From Phoronis australis (Eukaryota; Animalia; Phoronida), in assembly GCA_002633005.1 (NCBI GenBank), contig NMRA01000078.1:814820-878819 (forward strand): a DNA stretch of 64,000 nucleotides, read 5' to 3'. Within the stretch, counting starts at the first letter, position 1, and each line of letters opens with the position of its first letter. The position numbers were made by a program, and so were the translations under genes. The notes beneath the pieces were generated by a model. That model did no database searches. It worked only from the letters and a program-made list of their open reading frames with translations, and was not told the origin of the DNA. Shown here one piece after another: positions 1 through 12,214 of the stretch.

Positions 1-172
1 GAGATATGATGTTACGAATTGGCCGAAATTCAACGTTTTTCTAGGATACCACGTCATAACCTTAAGTTGATAGCACTGATATTTAATAGTAAAAACAAGA
101 CTTTTAATACAGAAAAGCGTGCATGGTCTGAGAGAATCAGGAAATTCGTGGATGGAGAAATGGTTTGTGTGC

Positions 173-3100
173 TCAGTTGAAGAGCAATGGTGTACCTGGC
201 ATGCGGTGACTCAGATCTGAGGTGACGTATAAGACCATGGTCTGGAGATCTCTAATCAGGCAGGCTGCCTGCGAGTGTGAGGTGTCTTTCAACGCCACGT
301 CGTTAACCTTGAGGATACGGTCTCCAACACGAAGACCCTGAAACAATGCAGAATGGTTGACATAACAGACCAGTTTCATTCAGTGACAAGTACAATTCTA
401 CGAAATCAATTCATTTCTATTCTTAATGTCACATCACTCTTCAGTACCCAGTTCTGTCACACCACTCATCAGCAGCTCTTCTGGGGCCAGGAATCTGCTT
501 CACGAAATGTGAAGACATCTATTGGTCTCACGCTCTCATTTTACAATTGCTGAATAAAGGTTTAGCCAAACAAAACAATGGAAGCATAGGTCCAGAAAAA
601 AATTCAGAAAATCCCTCAGTAACTATAGCTGTTACATGCATATTCTCAGACATTGCACTTTTGCTCAAGTGAGAGTTAATTATAAATTTCTGTCTTAAGT
701 CTTGAGTCCTTTTTCATGTAACAGACCCCATGTCTCAGTTAAGAGGGTCGTAATTTCCGTTTTAAGTTACACGCAATGATAATAAGATTGCACACGAAAA
801 ATGACTTTGCACCAGTTGAAATATTTCACTGAGATAAATGACAGTGTGTCCCTGTTCATTCATAACATGTCCATGAGTATATTTAGGGAGTATACAACCT
901 TTGATAAAACAGGTCATGCTATTTTGGTAATAGTTGAGTTAGAGCAAGTGTCCCAGATTCTGAGAAAAAGTTTGATTCAGGACTGCTATTCGCTGCAGAA
1001 AATCAGGTCTCAAAAATGTAACTTGTGACTATCAGCGGTATTTATTTTTACCAATTTGCATGGTCAGATTTTGAAACACGTTCAGTGGAAATTAACCGAT
1101 TGGAGAAATAATGAACAGGCCAACATGCCTGCTAGCAAGAGCCAGCCTGTTGTGGAATATATTGAGATTAAAATCAATATACAGTGATTAAAAAGCCAAA
1201 CAAAGAGATAGACAGAACGATTAGGGCAACACCCAAACAGATCAATAAGGAATAATGATGGAAAGGAAAAGAATCCAAAAGGTGTAACTCAGTTTTTCCC
1301 ACCAATGCCTGAGAATTTGTTTTCAAATAAAACAAAGTTAATTGAAAAATAAACATTTGAATTGAATTGAAAAGTAAACGTCTAAATCCTGCCAGAATTA
1401 GTACAAACATCCGGTCAATTAGGAGACTGTTTTGTACAGCTAATCCCTATTGAAGTGTACACTCAGAGATTTAATTAAGTTAGATAATGGATGTATGTAT
1501 TGTTACAGTACACAACATGTGAGTAGCAGATGTTTAATGAGCAGCAAGCTGTCATCTGCTACAGTAACACCACTCTGGAAAAGTGCCATGACAAGGGGGC
1601 ACTTGGAAGTCACCTAAGTGGATAATAAGAACCAGGCAGTTGTAATGCAAATCAAATAACTTCTTTGTGAATCCGCTCAAAATTTTGAGCCTCACTAACG
1701 ACAGAAATGTATAGAAGTCTACTTTGTAATGATACGGCTTAATTAATTACACAATTAATTCACTGAATTATTGAAATGCAATTAAAAATGAAAAAGTCTC
1801 TATATTCTAAAAAATTAATTGAAAAGTGGGAAAAAATTGGGATAACATTTGATAATTCTGATTGTGTATATTTCCAAAATTAAAGTCATGCACGGCTGTC
1901 ACATATTCATTAGCAATTGCAATTACATGGAAACACAGTAAAATGTCAACAATTAAATTAGGACTCACAAAATAGTGCACATGTGATTTTACATTTCATT
2001 TTTCGTTAAAGACCAGTTATGGACAACAAATAATAATGCTTTAACTTTATCATGAACAAAGTGTAAGAGTATCCTTTAGCTAACGAAATGTTTTTAGAAA
2101 TTGGGGGAATGCACAACAAAGTCAGATCAAAACTGAAAAAAGTGATTTTGACAATTATTTCTGTCCAAAATTGTTGCGATTTCACTATAGTAACAATGGA
2201 ACAGCCAGCTTCAGTGATAATAATCAACGGACGACCGAGCATTTCACTTGAACACATGTTACGGTAATAATTACGCATAATAGTCAAATCAAGGTATTGA
2301 GTGATCAGCACACGTTGTCATTAGCCAGACTGGATGTTCCCATGTCATATCAATAATACAGAACTGACTTAATTATCGCCACACATGTGCTGTTAAAGCC
2401 AATTGATTTACCAACATCTGGCTCACTAGCACTAGTAAGTTCCGTCCACACACAGCCTACCCTAGTACAACTTGCACTATTTAAGTCCCGTTCACACACA
2501 GCCTACCCTAGTACAACTTGCACTATTTAAGTCCCGTCCACACACAGTCTATCCTAGAACAACTTGCACTATTTAAGTCTCGTTCACACACAGTCTACCC
2601 TAGAGCAACTTGCACTGGTAAAGTCCCGTCCACACACAGCCTACCCTAGAACAACTTGCACTAGTAAAGTCTCGTCCACACACAGCCTACCCTAGAACAA
2701 CTTGCACTAGCAAAGTCTCGTCCACACATAGCCTACGCTAGAACAACTTGCAAGTTAGTAAAGTCCTGTTCACACACAGCCTACCCTTGAGGACAACTTG
2801 CACAAGTAAGTCCCGTCCACACAAAGTTTACCCTAGGACAACTTGCACTAGTGTAACTTAACCCAAGTGGACTGTCAACACACACGCACGCACGCACGCA
2901 CGTATATACACGCACACACACGCATACACACACACATATCCGATAACTAAGGTAAAGCGGAAGTTGTTATGTGCGTGGCAATGAAAGCCTAATGCAAGCA
3001 TGGTGTGCAAAAGAAAACTCGTCTGCGTGTAACCACATGGACGCACCCAGGGGGCGAATTGGGCAAAAAGGTCCGCCTCAGTGAAACAAAAAGTCCGAGT

Positions 3101-6100
3101 AAACGAGACAAAAGTCCATAAAGTCCACAGGAATTCGTTGCAGATGCACAATTGGCAAGCCTGAACCTAGTGGCCCAGTTTTTGTTTTTTTAGTCCTCGT
3201 TGATTATTTTCAGTAAAAAAGTACGCAGACCGAAGAATTCGAGGCCCCCCTATATTTTAGGCTGGGTGCGGGCATGAAGCATAGCTGATAATTACTTCTG
3301 CCGTACCCTACTTTTGCAGACATACAGCCATTACAAGTGGCGCAGGTTACCCTAGAACAACTTAACCCACCACGATAATGTGGAGTAGGCTAAGATGTCA
3401 CTAGTGGGGTAAGTTGCACTAGTTTAAATAGCGTCCAGACAGTCCTCAAACCTAGCGACAACTCGTTCCAGGAGTGACTTATTCTAGAGTAACTTCTATG
3501 TGTGTATATCACTTAAGATATCTAGGTTAAATTGCACACAGGGTGCAAGGAAGGAAAGAAAAAGGCATACAAAAGTGTTAAAAATATTTAGGGAGTTTTT
3601 TCAAAGTAAGCCCACAGGCCTGTATTCGAAAAGTGGTAAATTATCCACTTATTCACCTTGAATATAGTCCAGGGCTGAGTTGCATAAAGCTTCAAAAGTT
3701 ATCCGCTGGATAAGTTTGATTGTTGCATGACGTCAGGTGCATTGTTCAACAATAACAACGTGATGCGTGATAATGCTACGTCATTGTTGCTAAACGGTGT
3801 ATAACTTTTATGCAACTGGGCCCAGGTGTACTTTTGGACATATTGGGACTATACCTGGGGACATCCACTTAGACTAAGATCCAGAGTCTGTAGCTACCAT
3901 GAGAGTTTTCATTACATCTAATTAAATTTGTTTTGTAGATAAGCCACAAAATGCACCCATATATCCTATTCCACTGTTTTTGCTTGACACCTGCTTTGAG
4001 ACTTCCCATTTTGGAAAACCAAGAAACAGAAGACTCCAAACGTAGGCTTATGTATAATATTCTCCTACGGGCCTATATTTGGGGACCTGTTGGCGTTGGC
4101 GAAAATTTCTGGTGGAAATTTTTAAAAATCTGCCGAGCTAATTTGACCAAGCTAGACCACAGGAGTCCTGCTGATTTAATCATGTTGAATTTTCTTCAAG
4201 GAGAACTTGACTGAATAACTTTTCTAATGCATTTATTGAGCATTTCCATAGCCTACACATTCGAGTCGGGCACTACTAGTGGCCAGCTCAGTCACAGAAC
4301 ATTGATTTTAATTGATTTTTTTATTTCCTTAAACACAAAGTAGTTATGCTCTTGCACATTTAACCTAACTACACCTGGTAAGTGTTAAAAGCTTGAACAC
4401 TTCTCTATTATTTACAAACCATAATATTTGTTCAATTAACTGGCAGCTCATTGGGTGTAGTATATTCAGTACTTTCAGTAAATTACTTCAGTCATAACAG
4501 GCATTTGTACACTCAGTTCAAATCAAAACAAAAGCTACTGGTCATAACAGTGACTTGCAATTAACCCAGAACGCCAGTGATGCTTCTCTGTGAAAAGAGC
4601 TATAGGCCTTTCCCACTGTGATTTCAGATGGTTCATACTAACATAATTGCCCTACTGTAGTTTAAATAAAAGGTGGAAGATCATTTACAGTTAATATGGT
4701 CTGAGAATATAAATCACAGTAATCTAGGAATGTTCCAATAATTTGTTTCACGCTAAATTATATGAGAAAAGGGCTTTAGTCTTAACCTAATTCTGTACCT
4801 ATACTCACACCACAAGACTCGTTTCGAAACCTAGAATTTACCACTGAAAATGAATGTAAGGACAAACAGGTTTACACACGAAAAGTAAGATAATTCTTCA
4901 TTTATTTTGCATTAAAATAACTTAATAACTTTCAAAAGCTTTATCAAAATGTTGCTTTTGCCACCTAAATAGTATAAAAAATAATAACAGACAAGAATAT
5001 TCTTATATTCTTTACTTTTACTATCAAAATTTGACAAAATGAAATTTCCCCCGTCCGCCATATTGTGTGCTAAATAGGAGAAAAACTAACTGAGCAGTGA
5101 GCACTTTTTCCAAAAAATCAAAAATATTAATTATTAAGAAATAATCAAATAAATAATCTCTTTAACGTCTGGCATTCACTCAATATCAACTGAAAGCATT
5201 CCCTCTGGTGTCATTAACATTCAATAATTACAATCTTCCAGAACAAACAAAGATTAACAAGATAGATGGATGAATATTTCATGATCAAGTCAATATACCG
5301 TCGATTCCATTTTTACAAATAGTTACATGCTCCTCCATTTGGTGATAAAACACAAAAATATAACATGTTTTCCTCCTTGATCAGTAAGAACAAAATCCAA
5401 TCCACAGCTCAATAACGGTAACAATCTCAATGGAGAATAACTCGTATCCACGCAAAGCTTAATAATGCATTGTTCGAATAAATTTGTGTGACTTAACACT
5501 TGAACGGTCCGGTTCGTTAACACACCTCATTCCAGCATTGCAAGTCATACAAGCAACAGGTAGACAGAGTTGCAGGTAAATACCACAGAAATTGGTCCAG
5601 AGGCACTGGTAGGTACCATAAAATCCACCAACATAGGACAAAATATGACTGACAAGTGATTTTTTTCTCACTTCTGAAGTAAAAGATAAGAAGCACAAAA
5701 TTAATTAATGCTTCCGCGCTCTGCTCAGTGGCTACCTTAAGACTAAATTTACTTAATTTGCAGCTCCAATAACAGCAGTGACAGGAAAAAGGACAATTTT
5801 GTATTTCAGGATATGAACCATTGTATCTCTTGCCTCCAAGCATTCAACCATGACTTGAGAACTGGATAGGGATAGAATGGTGTGACAAGATTTTCCTCTT
5901 GAAAATATTACAATTTTATTTTATGAAAAATGCATTCTGCACCATCACCAAAAAGTAGGCTTACCTGAACATCTGCTTGGCTTCCAACATCCACATCAGA
6001 CACAAATATTCCAGTCCTGGTGTTACCACGGATACTGAAACCCAAACTGACCCCGTCTTGCCTGGCTAACTCCACCTTCCGTATCCTCCGCCGCCGCCTT

Positions 6101-7002
6101 CGCTCCCGTCCCCCTAGTCGGGGGACTCTGGTCTCAGGAGGGTGTTCCCCCGAATGTTGTGAGCCTTCTGTATCCCTGTGCGACCCAGCACTACCCTCAC
6201 TTAAACTCCGCGGGGCCTCAACACGTTTCGGTTCCATCTCTTGCACAACTCGGCTGACAATCATGTCCGTCTCTCCTCTGTGAAGCAGTACTGGTTGATT
6301 TGAACGTGGTTCACTACGACTTGACCGTGGTTCACTGCCAGACCTTTTCATCTCATTGTTTTTACATATTCCCTGATTGTCATTCCCCATCTGCTCCTGA
6401 GCAAGGTGCTTTATTAATTCATGATTGTTTCTCTCCAGAGTTTTACCTGCTTTAGTATTGGGTAACGTCTGGGCGTGGTTTGATGTCACAGGGTGTGTTG
6501 AGCCGTGAACAGGCAGTGTCTGATATTTTCCAGTATAACCAGTTGTAATGTCAGTGGGCGGAGCCACCTCATCCAGACGTATATCATTCATGTTGTGGGT
6601 GTGGAAATCCTTCATTTTGTGTTCCTTCACAAGTAGTTTCTTTTGGCTAGGACTAGACACAATTTGGACAGAGCCTGATGTATTTTGTGCAATTACCTCT
6701 GAAGGGCTTTCACTTCGAAAGGCGGGGTTACTGGACATCAGCACATGACGATAGCCATCGAAATGCAAGGCACAAAGCTTGTTGAAGTCATCTTTCAGGC
6801 GGCTGGGCATGATGTAACTGATTTCAACCAACAGTAACATGCGCTCCGTTGTGTTGATGACAGGTTTCAAGCTGGTGATGAGAGCTGGGACAGATGTGTG
6901 TTGACGGAACTCTTTAATGGAAGTCTTCAGCACGCTGCACTCGGCTGGGCTCAATAACTGATGAGCCAAAGTGCGAATCACTGAGCCCCCTCTACGGTCC
7001 AT
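173..7002 (-). CDS. Whirlin-like (whirlin/PDZD7/harmonin family) scaffold protein: N-terminal harmonin-homology domain + PDZ; exons 7002-5965 and 337-173 (may splice onward beyond the window)
   Basis: ORF 5908-7011 begins with an HHD-like helical domain (IRTLAHQLLSPAECSVLKTSIKEFRQHTSVPALITSLKPVINTTERMLLLVEI) and ends in the first half of a PDZ (SLGFSIRG..GIFVSDVDVGSQA). A donor CAG|gtaagc at 5965/5964 joins in phase 0 to acceptor tttcag|GGT at 338/337, giving GLRVGDRILKVND, the second half of the PDZ. About 400 aa if the TGA at 175-173 is used. Confidence 0.8.
2430..2852. repeat. Minisatellite, ~46-bp unit, ~9 copies
   Basis: Unit aagtcccgtccacacacagcctaccctagaacaacttgcactagta repeated with substitutions. 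Confidence 0.95.
2878..2937. repeat. Compound (CA)n/(CGCA)n microsatellite
   Basis: acacacgcacgcacgcacgcacgtatatacacgcacacacacgcatacacacacaca. Confidence 0.9.
3036..3276. mobile_element. MITE-like element (related partial copy at ~11010-11205)
   Basis: TIRs catggacgcacccag / ctgggtgcgggcatg (13/15 match). Internal gggcaaaaaggtccgcc and the end ttttaggctgggtgc recur at about 11017 and 11185. Confidence 0.7.
3672..3823. mobile_element. Short MITE-like inverted-repeat element
   Basis: gggctgagttgcataaag at the left end versus ctttatgcaactgggccc at the right end. Confidence 0.6.
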
Positions 7003-7134
7003 CTGGAACACAGTGCTTGGCTATGAGGAACAACTTTGAGCACAGCACATATTAAAGCATTCAACACCAACCAACATCACTCAAACAAAAATGAGAAATA
7101 GAAATCACCAGTTTCATACCTACGACATGTAAGT

Positions 7135-7445
7135 ATACTGTTAAAAATTTTCTAGTACTAATTTGCAATAAAGTACACTGAAAAAATAATTACTTTGGTC
7201 AAGGTCGGAGCTTGTACCAATTTTTAGAAAATGTCAATGCCGGCCGACCCAAAAATGACCTTAAATTGTTTCAGACCCTATTGATAAAAAGAGCTGCGTT
7301 TAAAATTTGGGAAATAAGACGAATGCCAAAATCGCGCATGTCCCAGTTTTCAGAATCAAGAAAATTCAATCTCTGATGGAATATCAGAGACCCAAATTTT
7401 AGGTCAGCCACAGAAAAATTCAAAATTGGAGAATTTTTACGGATA
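7135..7445. mobile_element. Degenerate MITE, same family as ~39400-39742 and 40886-41186
   Basis: Shares the block aaaatcgc(g/c)catgtccca..ttcag(a/g)atcaagaa with 39638-39675. The end aattggagaatttttacgg resembles the TIR of the 40886 element. Confidence 0.55.
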
Positions 7446-9142
7446 TCTGTGCCTGTCAGTTAAAAACGACGGCCATTGGTTCTGACCTTCATATGACGCT
7501 CTAAGGTAGTATGGCCTCTTGTTATAAATACAGGTGGCAGTATAATCTGAAGATCCTCAGGAATACTCTTTCCAACAAAACTAATGTTGGCATCCTTCAC
7601 CAACTTGTGCTGTTTTCTGACAAGAGCCGCGTAAATTAAAAATGCAACAATATCACGCAGACTCTCCACAGCCACACACATGTTAAGTCGATCTACACAA
7701 CTACACCACTTAAGATAGCCAATAGCAAGCTAATTAATTGATCCTGGATATCAGTGTAAACTTGGCACATTTTCAGTAAAATGCTACAAATTATGAAAAC
7801 ATCTTTGCTTATTTTTTCTTTTCTTTTCTTATTCTTTTGCATGTCGTTCTTTCCTGTGTGTATCTTAATAAATGACAAACAAATAGTTTTAGAGTTAACC
7901 ATAACACAAAAAATGAGTCTCGGTTGTCATAAGGAACTCAAGAGAAAAAACAATTTTATGAAGAGGATTGACGTTTTTATCATGAACAGGAAGTCATACT
8001 GAGGACACAGCTCTAGAACAGCAGGGACTTGTTTCTCGAAGAGTCTATTGGCTTTCTAAAATAGGAACACATGTTTTATTATGATACTTGGAATAGTTTG
8101 GCCGAAAGAGAGGCAGACGTCAAAAAACAGACACAAAAATAAAAAGAAGGCCACTCAAATTTGTCGAATCCGTCCGAAAATGGAAAAGTGTAATCAAATC
8201 ATAAACAGATGCTTATTTGCCAAGTTTCATGAAAACCATGCAAGAGCTCCGAAGAACATATAAAACATGAATAAAACTGCCACAAGGTGGCACAATATTA
8301 GAACAGTACCAAAGTCCTCATCATCTACTCTTACATTTCAAGAAATTCATCTGTAAAATTTAAAAATTTAATATAGGCCTAGAGTTTTTTGTTGGATAGA
8401 AAAAAAAAACAGTCTCGAAACATGTTGAAACTATCACAACATGGGCCCATGGGGAGGTTAGCCTACTGTAACTGCCAAAAAACAGACTTGAAAAAATTGA
8501 AAAAAGTAAAAATAGTCACTGACTGGCGCAGAATATGTCGAACTCGTCTGAAAGCGAGAAGGCAGCATTGTCTTGCTCATCATTTCTCAAATTTCAAGAA
8601 ATTTCTTCAAAGAACTCAGAAGTCTACAAAGGTGGACAACTAAGATTGCCATTATGCTAGTACTAGTAGCCTATACGTTGTAACAGTCGAATCTGTCCGC
8701 AAATGCCTTGCCCTCCATGGTAGGAAAATGTCTGATAAATTTCACTAACTTCCACCACTATGGTGAGGCCAGTCAGACTAGCTAGGGCTAATGCCGCTAA
8801 TACGACGTTGCTTAGGATTCATTGTGGAAGTTAAGCAGATAACGCCGCAAATCATGACGCCCGGCATAATGGGTGTGGGTGCATAATTAAGACCTGAAAT
8901 CGTCCGAACAAAAAACAGTGGCAACCTGACCAAACAAATGGATAGCGGTAACCCGGGAACAGGTAGGGTAGGGAATGACAGATGACACAGACAGTGCACA
9001 AAATGACTCGGTGACTAACCACTGTAACAGGTGATTCACCTGACGACTTGGCAACTGTGCCCCGGGAACTGTGCCAACTAACGTTCCACTCCCGTGTCAG
9101 ATCCTTGTTAGCTAAATCACACTGGTTCCTTTGTATACTCAC

Positions 9143-9340
9143 CGTCAGAAATTATGCGTGCTGGACAGATACTCCGTATGTCGTCTTTTTTACACGGAAA
9201 TTCGTGTTACACACATTAAAGCCATTTAAATCGACAACTGTTTCACATACGGGATATTTTGAATCTTTGTATTCACGCCAAATGTAAGATGTCTTGTGAT
9301 TGGCTAATTCTTTTACAGGTAGAAAGGTCACGTGATTTGA
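9143..9340 (-). promoter_or_regulatory. Probable non-coding first exon/promoter of the whirlin-like gene (upstream boundary approximate)
   Basis: Consensus donor ACG|gtgagtat on the minus strand at 9143/9142. A CCAAT box (attgg ~9299) and an E-box (gtcacgtga ~9327) lie nearby, in a CpG-richer stretch. Confidence 0.35.
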
Positions 9341-9744
9341 TTGTGGCGAGCCAGTTGTGGTCAAGTTGGCATGTGCACTTTCTGCGCCAATTTGAAATTC
9401 AGAGACCAGCAATTAAAACGGGGTCGGCCTCGCGATTTGCGAACATCGTCTTTCAAATTCTGCGGCTATCCCCTTCTCCGGCTGAAGTCATCATAGATCA
9501 GGCATTGTGCCGCAGTTGTACTGTAAACGTTTTTCAAGTTGTTTTGTATTTTGCCTTTGTAGCCTACCCGGCGATATGAAATAAACATTTTACTAATTAC
9601 TGAACGTGCGCACTGAGTCCACGGCCGTTCCGCGGTTCCCGGAGAAGCTCCGTTCAAGTGCAAGCACCCGTCCGCAGAAAAATGTTCTTCGTTCTTCCTG
9701 TTGTTGGAGACACAGTGGCCGCGGATCTAGGATACCGGGCCACT

Positions 9745-10222
9745 NNNNNNNNNNNNNNNNNNNNNNNNNNNNNNNNNNNNNNNNNNNNNNNNNNNNNNNN
9801 NNNNNNNNNNNNNNNNNNNNNNNNNNNNNNNNNNNNNNNNNNNNNNNNNNNNNNNNNNNNNNNNNNNNNNNNNNNNNNNNNNNNNNNNNNNNNNNNNNNN
9901 NNNNNNNNNNNNNNNNNNNNNNNNNNNNNNNNNNNNNNNNNNNNNNNNNNNNNNNNNNNNNNNNNNNNNNNNNNNNNNNNNNNNNNNNNNNNNNNNNNNN
10001 NNNNNNNNNNNNNNNNNNNNNNNNNNNNNNNNNNNNNNNNNNNNNNNNNNNNNNNNNNNNNNNNNNNNNNNNNNNNNNNNNNNNNNNNNNNNNNNNNNNN
10101 NNNNNNNNNNNNNNNNNNNNNNNNNNNNNNNNNNNNNNNNNNNNNNNNNNNNNNNNNNNNNNNNNNNNNNNNNNNNNNNNNNNNNNNNNNNNNNNNNNNN
10201 NNNNNNNNNNNNNNNNNNNNNN
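9745..10222. other. Assembly gap (N run)
   Basis: 478 consecutive N. ORFs crossing it are artefacts. Confidence 1.
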
Positions 10223-11966
10223 GGTCACCTAATATTGAGATCTCGATCACCAGTTTTGCGTTTTGACCACTTCAACGGCAAACCGTCGGTGAAGCTTTAG
10301 CAAAAATAATAATGTTTTAGTTTGAGCGACATTCACTTCCTCCGCTCCGTACAACCGAAGTATAAAACTGAACAAGTGATCATTTTGCACGTCACGTAGT
10401 AGACTACGTTTACAAAATGGTCATATGGCTTTTGGAGACTCCTTTGTCAACGGATGTCTCGAGTGAAGGATTTGAATATTACACTGAATTTATTATCTGC
10501 ACATGTGAATATCTCCTACAGTGCCACAGGTTAGGCGAAAACAAGGCGTATTTTTTACGGCATGACCAGAGTTTCAGACGTCACGTTTTAAAAGAGTGAA
10601 ATGACTAAGATTTAACAAAACCAACGGTAAAAGAGCCGTTACCGAGTTTGTAAAACACATTAGATCCCCTCTTATTCTGAACTTGAGAAGGTCGAATACG
10701 ACCGAAACCTCTGAGGATCTTTAGTTTTTTCAACAAACTCGTCTTTTACATTTTTTATTTAAAAATGACATGCTAAACATGACTACTCTCATTCCCAAAG
10801 TTTCACTATGCGCCATGAGGTTATGAAACGATGGATGGGACAGGACATCTCCCTAACTCGACTGCGCACGAGTTTAGACTTTTTTAAAAGTCAGATGCGT
10901 GACATTGCACACGCTACCTACAACTTTCAATCAAACTTCGAAAAGGCGCCGCTGGGCGGGTCTGCGAGTGCTTTGTTATGGCTCAAGGTCCAATGAACCC
11001 CCCAATTTGGCGAAGTGGGCAAAAAGGTCCGCCCCGGAGAAACAAAAACAGACAGCGAAAAAACGAGATAAATTCCACTAAAAAGTCAAGAACAACCAAA
11101 ATTCGGCGAATGCACAACTCATAGCTCTGAACGTCCCAGTGAAGCTTGGTTAAAGATCCACAATCTCAAAAATCGAGCCCCCACTTTTAGGCTGGGTGCA
11201 CGCATATGTATTAAACCATTCTCGCTACATGCGACGTGCTTGGCAAAATCCAGATATGCACAGAACGAAAATGGACTGATGCCAATTTTGCATTTCTTGA
11301 AGGGGACCTTATTATTATCTCATACACTGCACAACTTGTGCAGGAAAAACAACACATAAATCACAGAGCCCAAGAAAATGAAAAGGACTAACACTAACGT
11401 TTTTGGACAGTTGGCCATAGGAACACTGGTATTTGGGAGTGCAATGTGAACTCATTTCTAAATCAAACTGGATTAAAACCGAAAATTAGAATATTTAACC
11501 TGTGCACACAAAAATCTTGGTAAACAGCAATTTTTACTCCAATATTTCAAAACTTCTGCAGGTAACATGAACACCAACATTGGCTTTCAATAAATAATAT
11601 ATTCTGAGTAAAAATAAGTCATACAATTACCTTTAATTACAAAATAATTGACAATCGATGGCTCAACAACACATAACTTTGACAACAATGTTGATCCCAT
11701 ATACAGTTAATGGACACACATCAGTAAGTTTATCCACAAGACCACATATACCTCAAAAGCAGACACCAATAATTATATAGTGGATAACTTCAGGCAGAAA
11801 CTACTTTTACACACCAGTGAATAATACGAATAGGCATGTCACAGTTTGTTTTGAGACTTCATATCCAGTCCAGGAATCTTCAAGTTAGGAAATCCACTTT
11901 CATTTTACTACTTAAAATGTAAAATCCTTGTTAGCAGAACACACAAGAGGCGTCTCCAACGTTTCC

Positions 11967-12214
11967 CAGGACTTGGAATGAACAATGACAAAAAGAGGAA
12001 CATTTTCTAGGTGATGTATGTTCCTCAAATAAATAGGCTTGTGTGAATGCAATATTTTTTGTGTTGCAAAATTTAAGTGAAATAAACGTTTTTGCATGAA
12101 TAAAGCCAAAATAATGACAAAAAAGACGAAAAAAGAAGAAACTGGAAATCAAATAAGAAAGAATTCAAACCAAAAAGAGGAAATCCTTCTAAAAGAGGAA
12201 AATTCCAAGCCCTG
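11967..12214. mobile_element. hAT-like MITE (CAGG ends), same termini as 18011-18531
   Basis: caggacttggaatgaacaatgacaaaaa ... ggaaaattccaagccctg. Confidence 0.7.

Noticed and set aside
2430-2852. CRISPR-like appearance of the regular arrays (also 25841-26063)
   Set aside because: Units are head-to-tail with no unique spacers, there are no cas genes, and the context is eukaryotic intron.
9593-10266. ~200-aa ORFs
   Set aside because: Artefacts of translating the N gap.
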